NCBI GenBank assembly: GCA_002788675.1
Contig: PFRS01000005.1
Location: forward strand, 67,731 to 131,730
Source: Candidatus Pacebacteria bacterium CG_4_9_14_0_2_um_filter_40_15
GTDB lineage: Bacteria; Patescibacteriota; Microgenomatia; UBA1400; PJMF01
Reading direction: 5' to 3'
Length of the DNA stretch: 64,000 nucleotides
Both the position numbers and the translations under genes were made by a program. The notes under the pieces were generated by a model. It did not search any database, was not told the DNA's origin, and worked only from the letters and a program-made list of their open reading frames with translations. Shown here piece by piece: positions 47,543-57,610 of the stretch (its first letter is position 1; every line of letters starts with the position of its first letter).

Positions 47543-47928
47543 TTCTTAATTTTGTCTAAATATAACTCCATATTTATTGGAGGAAAGACGAGGAGCTGGT
47601 TTGCAGGATCAGCTGCATCAAGCTCTTCTTTGAGGTTTTCAACACGTAATCGAAGTGGATTATTGTCAGCAATGACTGGTGAAGGACTTGGCAAAGCAAC
47701 GAGGACTTCCTCAGCTTCTGGCTTCTTACGAGTAACCACTAAGAGAATAAGCAATAAAAAGAGAAAGCCAAAAATACCCGCTCCAATAACAATAAATTTT
47801 TTCTTTGGATTTGGTTTTACTTCTGTTTCTTCCTCATGCTTGACTGCAATTTCAGGAATAGTAACATCCTGAAATAGCGGCTGATCAGCCGAAAACTGTG
47901 TCTGGTTGGTATCAAATTCTGTCATCAT
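47539..47928 (-). CDS. Hypothetical single-pass membrane protein
   Basis: KKK-TM-RKK followed by PSPSP; overlaps the upstream gene by ATGA. Confidence 0.8.
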   Translation of the reverse strand: MMTEFDTNQTQFSADQPLFQDVTIPEIAVKHEEETEVKPNPKKKFIVIGAGIFGFLFLLLILLVVTRKKPEAEEVLVALPSPSPVIADNNPLRLRVENLKEELDAADPANQLLVFPPINMELYLDKIKN

Positions 47929-48737
47929 AACTTTAGTAATTCGTCAAGGAACCCCAATGTTTTTTGTGCTGTAATATATGGTTCAGATAGTTCAGCAGAG
48001 AGTTGATTGAAACGAGATTTATTAAATTGATTTGTTGTTCGAGAGTAGTCTTGATCAATTATTTTAATTACAGCAGCTTCGGTCTGATCAATATGCTTAG
48101 TTGTTTCCGTGTAGGCACGATCACGTTTGGATGCAACCAAAGAGGTTACTTCCTCTTTTGCATGCTCTTTCTTAATGTCTTCTAGTAATGCTCTGGCTTT
48201 ATCATTCACGGTTTGTACTTTACCAATAGCAATGAGTGTGCGAGCTCGATACACCGCATCTTCAATATTTGGTTGATTTTCTTTAAAGTTTGCCACAACA
48301 CTCGCAATTGCATCTCTATCGTTAGCCAGCAAGACTGCATCTTGATGAGATTTAAGATACGTTAGCTGTGTACTTAAGAGTTCGAGAGCAGCATCTTTTT
48401 GGACCAAATTCACCCCATGTTGGAGCTCTAACTCATTTTTAAGAATCTCAATATAGGTAATCAACACTTTAGAGCGAGCAAGCAAGACATTACGTGTACC
48501 AGATACAGCTTGTTCAAGTGCTTTTAGTGTGGTGAGTTTGAAGTACTGCTCCTTTGACACTTCAAAGGTTCGCTCAGAATCTCGGTAGGCACCAATTTCA
48601 TCTCGATACAGGTTTTGAAGTTCTTCATTATCTTCAAAACTAACAGCCTGTGCATGCACAGAAGAAGTTCCACTCATAAAAAAAGAGAAGACAATCAAGG
48701 TAATCAAAGATACTGAATGTAATTTTTTGAGCATCAC
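47925..48737 (-). CDS. Hypothetical secreted helical/coiled-coil protein
   Basis: Signal peptide ending VHA; helical composition. Confidence 0.8.
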   Translation of the reverse strand: MMLKKLHSVSLITLIVFSFFMSGTSSVHAQAVSFEDNEELQNLYRDEIGAYRDSERTFEVSKEQYFKLTTLKALEQAVSGTRNVLLARSKVLITYIEILKNELELQHGVNLVQKDAALELLSTQLTYLKSHQDAVLLANDRDAIASVVANFKENQPNIEDAVYRARTLIAIGKVQTVNDKARALLEDIKKEHAKEEVTSLVASKRDRAYTETTKHIDQTEAAVIKIIDQDYSRTTNQFNKSRFNQLSAELSEPYITAQKTLGFLDELLKL

Positions 48738-48745
48738 CAGTATTA

Positions 48746-49459
48746 TTACACTAATGCACGCTTGCGAGCAAACTCAATAGCTGAGTGAAGTGATTCAAAG
48801 GTACCTGTGTCAAACCATTCACCTTTTACAAAAGCAACATCAAGAGTTCCCTCTTTAAGGTAGAGATTGTTAATATCGGTAATTTCTATTTCTCCTCGAG
48901 CAGATGGCGTTAGACTTTTTGCTTTTGCTACCACTGAATTGTCATAAATATACAAACCTGTAACGGCGTAATCAGATTTTGGATGTTCAGGTTTTTCTTC
49001 AATTGAAAGTGCTTTCTGGTTCTCATCAAACTCAACCACACCAAATCTAAATGAATCAGGTACTTGCTTAGCAAATACTCTGCCTCCAGATTTAAATGAC
49101 TTGATCTCTTCACCAAATTCTTGTGCAAAAATGTTATCACCTAGAACTAGGGTAACGTTGTCATCACCAATAAAGTTTTCACCAATTAGGAATGCTTGAG
49201 CAAGTCCTTCTGGCTTATCTTGAATTTCGTAAGTGAATTTACAACCGAACTCTTTTCCACTACCTAGAAGCTTCAAAAAATCACCAGCATGATCTGGTGC
49301 AACAATAATAAGGATATCTGTAATTCCTGCAGTAAGAAGCGTCTGAAGAGGATAATAAATCATTGGCTTATCATAGATAGGCAACAATTGTTTACTGGTT
49401 ACTCTGGTTAGGGGGTTAAGTCGTGTACCGGAACCGCCTGCAAGAATAATTCCTTTCAT
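48746..49459 (-). CDS. rfbA: Glucose-1-phosphate thymidylyltransferase (short form)
   Basis: [37 protein letters not shown] and WFDTGT motifs. Confidence 0.93.
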   Translation of the reverse strand: MKGIILAGGSGTRLNPLTRVTSKQLLPIYDKPMIYYPLQTLLTAGITDILIIVAPDHAGDFLKLLGSGKEFGCKFTYEIQDKPEGLAQAFLIGENFIGDDNVTLVLGDNIFAQEFGEEIKSFKSGGRVFAKQVPDSFRFGVVEFDENQKALSIEEKPEHPKSDYAVTGLYIYDNSVVAKAKSLTPSARGEIEITDINNLYLKEGTLDVAFVKGEWFDTGTFESLHSAIEFARKRALV

Positions 49460-49528
49460 AGTACTGCTCCTTTTTTATGCATTTGTATGATGTTGTAATA
49501 CTAACAAAAGTAGTGTAGCACTTCGATC

Positions 49529-49786
49529 CTAAAAGGTCACCATTAAAAGCAAAAATGTTGCTAAAGCTGCCGTTGCTAAATATTCAAAAAAGACATGCGG
49601 AGAAATATGTCGAGTTTTAACATGACTCACAACTCCCCAAGTAAAATAAAAAACTCCGAGTGCGATGCTGACCATGCGTTGCTGAGTGTGATCTGGCCAA
49701 AAGAGAAAAAAGAATACTATAAATATACCAAGTCCTAAAAAGAGAATAGTGTATGCGGCTAGATGCTTTTTAAGTTCTACAAACAT
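49529..49786 (-). CDS. Small three-TM membrane protein
   Basis: YFTWGVVSH...EY pattern; overlaps the stop codon of the CAP gene. Confidence 0.8.
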   Translation of the reverse strand: MFVELKKHLAAYTILFLGLGIFIVFFFLFWPDHTQQRMVSIALGVFYFTWGVVSHVKTRHISPHVFFEYLATAALATFLLLMVTF

Positions 49787-50784
49787 TAGTTGACCATCCC
49801 TCCTTTAAAGAATACTAAGACAAAGACTACTGTAAGCATCAGCGCAATATGCGCTATATTTCTGCCAACAATGCGGGCAATTCGTCTGTTATGCGCAACG
49901 ATACCATCATATATAAGAGTAGCTACAAACAGTATTGCAATAGCAATACCAAATGCTTTCCAGAGATTGTTAGGTGAAATCATAGGGCCTACTGTGATTT
50001 CTCCTCCTGGTACGGTTATAGTTGACAGCACTTGCTGTTCAACTTGAGGTGACTCTGCAAACTCAAAGGATACTTCTGAAGGTTGCTGAGTCTCTTCACC
50101 TGCTACCACCTGTACTGGAGCGGGTGCGTTTTCTTTGGTTACTACTGCTACCGGTTGGGTTGCTACAGCGGGTGCAACGGTTGGTTCTACTTGTTGTGCA
50201 TTTATCGCAACTGGATCTCCAAACATTTGGACTACAAGTGTTGTTTCGGTTCCCAAGAGAGTACCGTTTACTACGGCAATTCCTATGTCAGAATAGCGAG
50301 GATTCATAATGTTTGCACGATGGGTTGGCGATGCCATCCAAGCAGATACCATACCTGGAGTGTCAAGAAAGTCTCGAGCTAAGTTTTCACCCGCTACTCG
50401 GTAGGTATACCGGACTTCACGCATAAAGTCCCATGGTTCTTTACCCGTTGGGGAAGTGTGTGCCCAATATTGAGCCGTAAACATGTCAGCAGCTTTTCTT
50501 CTGGCTGCATCACTTAAAACTGCATTGTAGGCAACTGGTTGCAGTCCTGACTTTGCTCGTTCCTGATTGGTCGAAGCAATTACTTTATCGATGGTAATGT
50601 CGGAGGCATATCCCAATACATGACCGAGCTGTGTATCAGACAGTGAAATTGTGTAAGTTCCAATAAAAAAAACTATCGCAATACCAAGCAAACCAAAAAT
50701 ATATTCTGGATGCAATAACTTAGATCGATGATTGTTTGATCTTCTTGGATGAAATAAATGCGCTAGTGTTTTCTTGAATGTCAC
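49786..50784 (-). CDS. CAP/SCP domain membrane protein
   Basis: TNQER, YWAHTSP, AGENLA and WMASPTHRANI motifs; TM helices at both ends. Confidence 0.92.
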   Translation of the reverse strand: MTFKKTLAHLFHPRRSNNHRSKLLHPEYIFGLLGIAIVFFIGTYTISLSDTQLGHVLGYASDITIDKVIASTNQERAKSGLQPVAYNAVLSDAARRKAADMFTAQYWAHTSPTGKEPWDFMREVRYTYRVAGENLARDFLDTPGMVSAWMASPTHRANIMNPRYSDIGIAVVNGTLLGTETTLVVQMFGDPVAINAQQVEPTVAPAVATQPVAVVTKENAPAPVQVVAGEETQQPSEVSFEFAESPQVEQQVLSTITVPGGEITVGPMISPNNLWKAFGIAIAILFVATLIYDGIVAHNRRIARIVGRNIAHIALMLTVVFVLVFFKGGMVN

Positions 50785-50805
50785 AGAAACATTATGCAGC
50801 TTTTT

Positions 50806-51843
50806 TTACTCAGTTTCAATGAGTGGGTGTAACTGCAAGAATGAGTCATAGAGCTTAAGATTTTTGCTCTGGGTTAAAACACTGATTGGTTCTTGATACC
50901 GATCGACTGCAAACCAAGTCTCGTAACTCCCCTTAGTATCTGTAATGTACGATAAAGGTGTAGAAAAAAGATACAGAGGTCGATACCAAACGGTATTAGA
51001 CTCTAGGGTTATAACGGCATGATACTGTCCATTTGGTTCAGGAGAGTATGCAACGTGTGCTTGAACAGGTTCTGATTCAACTCTGAACATTGACTGAAAA
51101 ATCTCTGTACTATTTCCACTGCTATCTGTTGCCTGTATAACAACGACTATTTCTTGGTTTGATGGAAGTGTTGAAAATTTGAAAACATACTCACCATTTT
51201 GCCACTCAAACAATCCAAAATTTGAATCAAGAGTAACAGCATCTAAATCTGCTACGGTGGCAAAGATTTCAGTTTGATCCGTAAGAAGCCAAATATTTGT
51301 GTGGACCTCACTAAGGGTGAGCGTCGTCTCTTCAGGGAGCTGAGTTACTACTGTTAGGGGTTCCTCTGAGCTCCCCAAACCTGCCATTGGTAAAAAAAGT
51401 GTATGTGGTTGACTGTCGGACACACTTTGGCAAAGAACCCGATAGAGTTCTTTAGTCGGTGTTTGAACACGTAAGCAAGGTTCTGACTGATACACGCCAA
51501 TGGGTCCATTAAACTGCAACGTCAAAATTAGTGTTTGTCTTTCAGTTTGCTGAGTGTTTACGGGAATGGAATAAGTTGTAGATCCTGCAAAAGTAACAGG
51601 CTCAAGAACTGGTTTAGCTCCATGTACAGAATGTGTTTCAAATGTACCTTGTCTGAGTATCAGATCAAGAATGGGAGCCTGAAAATCAGGGACCCAGAAG
51701 CTTGCAACCTGGGCGCTAACCACTCCAGAGTAGTATGAGTGTAATTTTTGTGGGAAAAGATACAAAACCATGACACACACTATACTGATCCCGGTTATAG
51801 ATGCTACTGCTTTAATGTGTGTCATAGTCTTTGTGATAGCCAT
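50806..51843 (-). CDS. Hypothetical membrane-anchored beta-rich protein
   Basis: N-terminal TM helix; directly abuts the TasA-like gene. Confidence 0.75.
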   Translation of the reverse strand: MAITKTMTHIKAVASITGISIVCVMVLYLFPQKLHSYYSGVVSAQVASFWVPDFQAPILDLILRQGTFETHSVHGAKPVLEPVTFAGSTTYSIPVNTQQTERQTLILTLQFNGPIGVYQSEPCLRVQTPTKELYRVLCQSVSDSQPHTLFLPMAGLGSSEEPLTVVTQLPEETTLTLSEVHTNIWLLTDQTEIFATVADLDAVTLDSNFGLFEWQNGEYVFKFSTLPSNQEIVVVIQATDSSGNSTEIFQSMFRVESEPVQAHVAYSPEPNGQYHAVITLESNTVWYRPLYLFSTPLSYITDTKGSYETWFAVDRYQEPISVLTQSKNLKLYDSFLQLHPLIETE

Positions 51844-52401
51844 TTATTGGAACAATGGCCAAGGTACTTGGTCGCCAGTCTCGCGTACTCCTACAATTGC
51901 CTCAACTGTGTAGCTTGCTCGCATATATTCTGTTCCAGCATCTTCGCTGAGTTGCACAGTAACCTGGATGTCCCATGTTTCACCAGGTGCTAACTCCCAG
52001 AGAGCATCTTCATCCCCAGAATCACTAAAATAGAACTCTGCGTTTACAACGAATGGATTTGAGTAAACGGTTTGATACCCTGCCCCATGATTCACAGTCA
52101 ACTCAACACCTTGAACCATTTGGGTATCAAGCAGCGGATCTGACCAAAATGATTCTAACTGACTACGAACATTAACAGGGACTGTGCCCGTATTCTCGAT
52201 GGAGTAACTAAACATCTGTGTTTGTCCTGGCAGCAAGTCTTGGGTATCAACAGACCCAGGAGTAATAACAATTTCTGTTGAACCTGTCTGAAACTGCCCT
52301 AACGGCGTTCGTTGAGTATAGGTGAAGTAGGCAAAGGCCATGCCCACCGAAAATGCAAAGAACGCTACTGCGCTGATTGCTACAAAGAATTTTCTCTTCA
52401 T
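51844..52401 (-). CDS. TasA/CalY-like protein with SipW-type signal peptide
   Basis: GMAFA-YFT signal, FQTGS, LLPGQ...IENTGTVP and LAPGE motifs. Confidence 0.75.
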   Translation of the reverse strand: MKRKFFVAISAVAFFAFSVGMAFAYFTYTQRTPLGQFQTGSTEIVITPGSVDTQDLLPGQTQMFSYSIENTGTVPVNVRSQLESFWSDPLLDTQMVQGVELTVNHGAGYQTVYSNPFVVNAEFYFSDSGDEDALWELAPGETWDIQVTVQLSEDAGTEYMRASYTVEAIVGVRETGDQVPWPLFQ

Positions 52402-52476
52402 TGCATCCTTTTGTTTATATGTAGTACTGAGCAGATACTACTGCGGATTTCTGACGAGAAATGTAGGAAGTACGAA

Positions 52477-52501
52477 ATGGCGCCCGCAGAGCGGGCGCCA
52501 T
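52477..52501 (-). terminator. GC-rich hairpin downstream of the large surface protein
   Basis: ATGGCGCCCGC-(3 nt)-GCGGGCGCCAT. Confidence 0.65.
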
Positions 52502-52524
52502 ACAATCAATTCAAAACAAAGAGC

Positions 52525-55500
52525 TTATGCTTCTTCAATGAAGCCATAAGCAATAAGCTTAGTGACTATTCCAAAGGCAATGGCAATTGCTGGGAACCAT
52601 TGAGCAATAGTTGCTAACCATGATCCCTCAACATAACAGCCCATGTCTTTAAGGAAGTTGAAAATGACTATTACAGCAACTGTAGTTGCAGCAGCTACTA
52701 AGAGCTTAATCAAACTTGGATTTCTTCTGAAGAATTCAAATCCGACTATTACAATAATCTGTAGGAGGAGCATAAGCAGTGGCAAGTAATAGAGCCAAGG
52801 AGCACAAGTGCTCTCACCTAGAACCGCACCGTCATCTTCTGCTTGTGCGCCAGCTTCATCAGCATTCTTGGTTTCCTCAGTCTCTTCAGCATCAGCATTT
52901 TTACTGCCAAGTGCTTGTACACCAAGGACTCCACCAGTGCCTGTACCGGCTACTAAACTTTCAGTTTCAGTTGTAGCACCTAGTACTGCTGGACCAGGTC
53001 CAACTCTGAAGTCTACTTTTGCTTCAGTGAAGTTACCTGCATCATCCATTGCTTTCACAGAGAATGTCCAAACACCATCTTTAAGCTCATCAAGTCTGTG
53101 CTCGAAGGTAGATCTGTTGGTTGTTGCTCCATGACTGGTGCCATCTTCATGCTTCCACTCGAGTTTGTAGTAGCGGACGTCACTATCATCGGAAGGAGCT
53201 TCCCACTTACCATCTGCATAGTCTGCAGTGATGTTCTCAACTCGGGCGTTGAGAGGGTTACCGGCAGGTTTGGTGTTGTCGTATTTTACTTCTTTTCGGC
53301 CAAGATCAGTCATGACATTACCCAATTTATCTATACCTCTATAATAGAGAATATTTTGACCTTCTCCAGGAGGGTTGAATGGGCCTGAGTAGGTTGTCCA
53401 ACTACCAGCTGTACTATTCCATTGGTACTCAATATGACCAACTTCGTAGTTATCGGAATCTTTGAGCGTGATAGTTGGCTCAAAAAGTCGGTACCAACCG
53501 TTGTCTCCATCGCCGGAGGTTGGATCTATTGTTAAAAGCACTTCTGGAATTGTCTTGTCGTAGATAATTTTGATGGTGTAGGTTGACTCGACGTTTCCGG
53601 CGTTGTCTGTAGCGTGTGAAGTTACATCGTAGATACCATCATCTAGTGTTCCAGTAATATCATATTCCCAGGTATCTGTGCCATCTGCTTTAACACTAGT
53701 AGCTCCGACTTGCCAGTTTGCTCCATTCCAATAGGTACTATCTGAAGAACCAAAAGGCGTGTACATAATCTCAAGATTTAGTTCTTTTACTCCTGAGGTA
53801 GCATCAGTTGCAGTTCCTTCGATATGACCATCAAAAGAGTTTGTCTCAACCTCATCTCCACTAAAGTCATTTAGAGGCACAGTTATTTCACTAGATGGAT
53901 TTACTGTATCAATCATAAAGTGAAGTCCTAAGACATCTCTGAATTGGTTGATTGATGGAATATCTTTTCTTGTAGCAGTGTCATAGATATGATGTGCCAT
54001 GTAGTATTCACCATCTGTTAAGTTTGCAGTACATTCTGTGAAACTAACTGGAGTTGTAAGTCCAAAGGTTGAGCCCGAAAGGTTAACCAGGTTTGGAGCA
54101 GTTCTCCATCCACAGTATGATTGTTTACCATTAGCAGCAAATCTGAATGAATGGTCATCTTGTGCTTGGAAGATTACAAATGAATCCCAGAACAAGTTTG
54201 AAGATGGATTTAGATCACTATACTCTCCAGTAAAGCTAAACTGACCAAGTGTTTGACCATACGCGATACTATCTGTAATGGCAGTGCCATCTTTATAGTA
54301 GGTATGCTCTGCGGTTGGTGCATTGGTATCAATAAATATCTTTTGTTCAAAAGAATTACTGTTTCCAACTGCATCTGTCGCAACAACTGTCATTGTGTGT
54401 TCACCATCCGGAAGAGCATCAGTGATGCTTGCTTCCCAAGCTGTGACGCCTCCATTAATAACTGCGGTGTAATCATGTCCATTAACACTAAGAACTACAC
54501 TAGCCGTGTCACTACTTACAACACTACCTAAAATAACTGGTGTGTTGTAGTTAGTAACAAATTTACTTGGTTCAATCGTTCCGTTTGGATACTTGATTGA
54601 GTCGATGGTGATTTCTGGAGCTGTATTGTCAATCAATACTCTTACAACATCTACGGAAACACCCGTTCCAGAATTTCCAATTGGATCTCTATTTCCTGCT
54701 TTATCTCGAGCAGCAAGTCGTAACAAGTAATACCCATCAGGTACTGACTCAGTGTCAAAAGTATGTGAAATATTTGTTATATTTCCAACTGGAGCTGGTG
54801 GATTAGTAACATTTGCTTGCCATTTACGTTGACTAAAGTCCCACAGATTTGCCCCATCCTCATAGAGAGCAAGATTGTAATTGCTTAAATGTAATTCAGT
54901 AATTTCTCCAGTAAAAGTTACTTCTCCAGAAACGACATCGTCTTCTGAATAAGAAGTTATATTAACAACTGGATTAGTTGCATCATAGAAATAATGAACT
55001 GGAGAACTCCAGTTACTCATATTACCTGCATTATCAATCGCTCTTACCCAAATAGTTACACCACCTTGCTCACTAAGGGCAGGTGTATGATTACGTGACA
55101 ACGAAGAAGTGTCACGGCAACCACTCACAGTTTTTCCATCAATTATTTCTCCAGGGCAAGTACTGCCTCCAAAGGTGTGAAACTCATCATAGATGTATGC
55201 AATTTGATATCTTTCAACTCCACTTCCTGTGTCAGAGCCTGCTGACCACTCATTAAGTATTGGAGTTGTCGAAAAATACTGTTCTGCAGATGGTTTTGTA
55301 ATTGTTGGTGGAGTTGGTGCACTTCTGTCTAAAGTAACATTACACCAAGATGATGGTTCACTCACATTTCCAATAACATCCACTCCCCTAACTCTAAAGC
55401 TGTAGAGACCGTCTTCATCTCTTATGGTGTTATTGTAAAAAGAGTCTGTTGGCTGCTTGTGGTTATCTTTATCTTTAATATCATATTGATAATAGGCAAA

Positions 55501-57438
55501 ATCAGACTCAGTGTTATCATTCCAATCAACTAAAATTGATCTATTATTGGTGGCACCACTACAACCAAGTGGGTTACCTTCATTATCAAAGATAGTTAAA
55601 CCAGTGGGAACAGCAGGTGCTTCTGATTCACCGACATCAAACCGTGTCCAATCGAATCTCTCATCACCCTCAGCCCCGAAAACCATTCGAATCTCTACAT
55701 ACTCATCAGCAACAAAGGTGTGTTGCTCAGTCTCGTTATTGATACAGTAAAATGGATATAAACCTTCAACCATTGCGTTGTAGTTTGGATTACCAGTTGC
55801 TTGACTGACATCTCCATCAGTTCGATACTCAAAACAACTTGCAAAATTTCTTGTCGAAACAAAATCGAGCGTTGTTTCACCTGGAGCAATACTCAGCTGA
55901 TTTACATGTGCCCAACCATTATCACGATTTTCATCATTTGTGCTTGGTGGTTGATATAAGTCAGGTTCAAAATTGAAAATCGTCGTTTCTACACTTGTGC
56001 CAAAAATGAAACCATCAATATACTCAGTGTACCCACTGTTGTATGGCTCACCTACTCTTAGACCGAGCCAAGAATCTGTGGTTCTGATTGCAATATTTGA
56101 GAAACTTGAAAGCAAGTCGCTCCATGTTCTATTTCTATTCGTATTTCCGTCTGGCCATTTTGCACCATTGTCGTCATAGCCTGACCATGTCCATAGAGCA
56201 TTTCCTCCATCAATTGCATTCCATGCTTGCCACGAATTTTGAACAACTGTGCCATTTGTATTTGGGACATACACAAGTCTTTTTTGCCAAGTATCATTAC
56301 CATCAAAAGTAACATTGAAGTTCAAAAAAGCTGATCGATTTGCTGATCCTCCATTACCTGCTGATGGATTATAAGTGCTAAAACCAAGTTCTGTGATGTC
56401 TGCAAGTTTTGTACCTGAAAACTGATATGTAGCAATATTTCTTCGTTGAGTTCCTGATACAGATATCTTAGCACTTCCCAAACCATAAGGAGGTGTAGCT
56501 TTCCCAAATACCATTGAACCTAGGCTTGCATCGATTGTATCTGATTCGTCATTATAAAAGAACCATGATGAAGTATCATTTGTAACATCAACAATGTTTT
56601 GTGCAATATCAGCTTCTCTAACAACCACAAAAATCGTAAAATGATTCAAACCTTTAGCAGTCACCTTGTTAGTTACTTCTATCGTTTCGACTTTTTCAGC
56701 TGAGGCCAGGTCATCGACTGATTCGGCGTGTTTTACTTCTAGAGAAACTTCAATATTTTCAGGACGAGGCAGTGTGAGCTCATACTCAAAACTCCCATTC
56801 TCCATAGAAGAAGTAATATCATAAGCAACATTACTTAAAGCGCCAAGTTCTTTTACTTGCTCGTCACTCAAAGTTATCTCTTCAATAGAAAGAGATCCAG
56901 CAGTTTCAGGAAGTGTAGTGAAGGTAACGGTTACGTCCTTATTTTGAGGAGCAACGTAGGTTTTGCCTGTTTCAACAGTAGCGACAGTAGCTACTGCGCC
57001 TGATGTGAGCCAAAGTACGCCATCTACTATAGTGAAGTCAGCTTGATAGCCAGTTGCAGTAAACTTGAGTGCACCACTCACAGCTTCGTGAGCAACACAA
57101 TCAGAACCAGAACAGGTTCCTGCGTAGATCGTTTTACTAAAAGTTCCATCGGAAACGTCGACCGTTCCTAAAACAGCCTCTTCAGGAGTTTCATCTTTGT
57201 CGTCATTGTAGGTAAGTACATACTCTGTTGAAGCTGAAGCAGCTCCAGCAAGAGTGAACTCGTTAGAGTCAGCATTAAAACCTAAAGTTACGTCAGAAAC
57301 AGTTACTTCAGCAACCTCGGTAGCAGCGTAGGCAGGGGTAACCAAAAATGCGGCCGGAGCCACAGTTTGAAACAGCATCAAGAAGATGGAAAAAATCGAA
57401 TAAACTTTTCTAAATTGTTTTCTGAGCATTTTAAACAT
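52525..57438 (-). CDS. Large cell-surface protein with tandem Ig-like/FN3 domains and a C-terminal three-TM anchor
   Basis: Signal peptide ending AYA; repeated D[KN]AGN/DxxGN and IDNTAP/IDTNAP modules; ATG at 57438 follows SD AAGGA. Confidence 0.9.
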   Translation of the reverse strand: MFKMLRKQFRKVYSIFSIFLMLFQTVAPAAFLVTPAYAATEVAEVTVSDVTLGFNADSNEFTLAGAASASTEYVLTYNDDKDETPEEAVLGTVDVSDGTFSKTIYAGTCSGSDCVAHEAVSGALKFTATGYQADFTIVDGVLWLTSGAVATVATVETGKTYVAPQNKDVTVTFTTLPETAGSLSIEEITLSDEQVKELGALSNVAYDITSSMENGSFEYELTLPRPENIEVSLEVKHAESVDDLASAEKVETIEVTNKVTAKGLNHFTIFVVVREADIAQNIVDVTNDTSSWFFYNDESDTIDASLGSMVFGKATPPYGLGSAKISVSGTQRRNIATYQFSGTKLADITELGFSTYNPSAGNGGSANRSAFLNFNVTFDGNDTWQKRLVYVPNTNGTVVQNSWQAWNAIDGGNALWTWSGYDDNGAKWPDGNTNRNRTWSDLLSSFSNIAIRTTDSWLGLRVGEPYNSGYTEYIDGFIFGTSVETTIFNFEPDLYQPPSTNDENRDNGWAHVNQLSIAPGETTLDFVSTRNFASCFEYRTDGDVSQATGNPNYNAMVEGLYPFYCINNETEQHTFVADEYVEIRMVFGAEGDERFDWTRFDVGESEAPAVPTGLTIFDNEGNPLGCSGATNNRSILVDWNDNTESDFAYYQYDIKDKDNHKQPTDSFYNNTIRDEDGLYSFRVRGVDVIGNVSEPSSWCNVTLDRSAPTPPTITKPSAEQYFSTTPILNEWSAGSDTGSGVERYQIAYIYDEFHTFGGSTCPGEIIDGKTVSGCRDTSSLSRNHTPALSEQGGVTIWVRAIDNAGNMSNWSSPVHYFYDATNPVVNITSYSEDDVVSGEVTFTGEITELHLSNYNLALYEDGANLWDFSQRKWQANVTNPPAPVGNITNISHTFDTESVPDGYYLLRLAARDKAGNRDPIGNSGTGVSVDVVRVLIDNTAPEITIDSIKYPNGTIEPSKFVTNYNTPVILGSVVSSDTASVVLSVNGHDYTAVINGGVTAWEASITDALPDGEHTMTVVATDAVGNSNSFEQKIFIDTNAPTAEHTYYKDGTAITDSIAYGQTLGQFSFTGEYSDLNPSSNLFWDSFVIFQAQDDHSFRFAANGKQSYCGWRTAPNLVNLSGSTFGLTTPVSFTECTANLTDGEYYMAHHIYDTATRKDIPSINQFRDVLGLHFMIDTVNPSSEITVPLNDFSGDEVETNSFDGHIEGTATDATSGVKELNLEIMYTPFGSSDSTYWNGANWQVGATSVKADGTDTWEYDITGTLDDGIYDVTSHATDNAGNVESTYTIKIIYDKTIPEVLLTIDPTSGDGDNGWYRLFEPTITLKDSDNYEVGHIEYQWNSTAGSWTTYSGPFNPPGEGQNILYYRGIDKLGNVMTDLGRKEVKYDNTKPAGNPLNARVENITADYADGKWEAPSDDSDVRYYKLEWKHEDGTSHGATTNRSTFEHRLDELKDGVWTFSVKAMDDAGNFTEAKVDFRVGPGPAVLGATTETESLVAGTGTGGVLGVQALGSKNADAEETEETKNADEAGAQAEDDGAVLGESTCAPWLYYLPLLMLLLQIIVIVGFEFFRRNPSLIKLLVAAATTVAVIVIFNFLKDMGCYVEGSWLATIAQWFPAIAIAFGIVTKLIAYGFIEEA

Positions 57439-57610
57439 GCTTCCTTTTCTAAATAACACCTGCTACGTGTTGCTTATTATTTCTTAGTTAAGTACGAACC
57501 AACAAGGCAATACATTGCCTACAATGTAATCCTACTATATCACAATACAACGCGCAAGGTGGAAACCTGACGGTCACATCAAGAAAAACATACACTTAGG
57601 TAATACCTTT

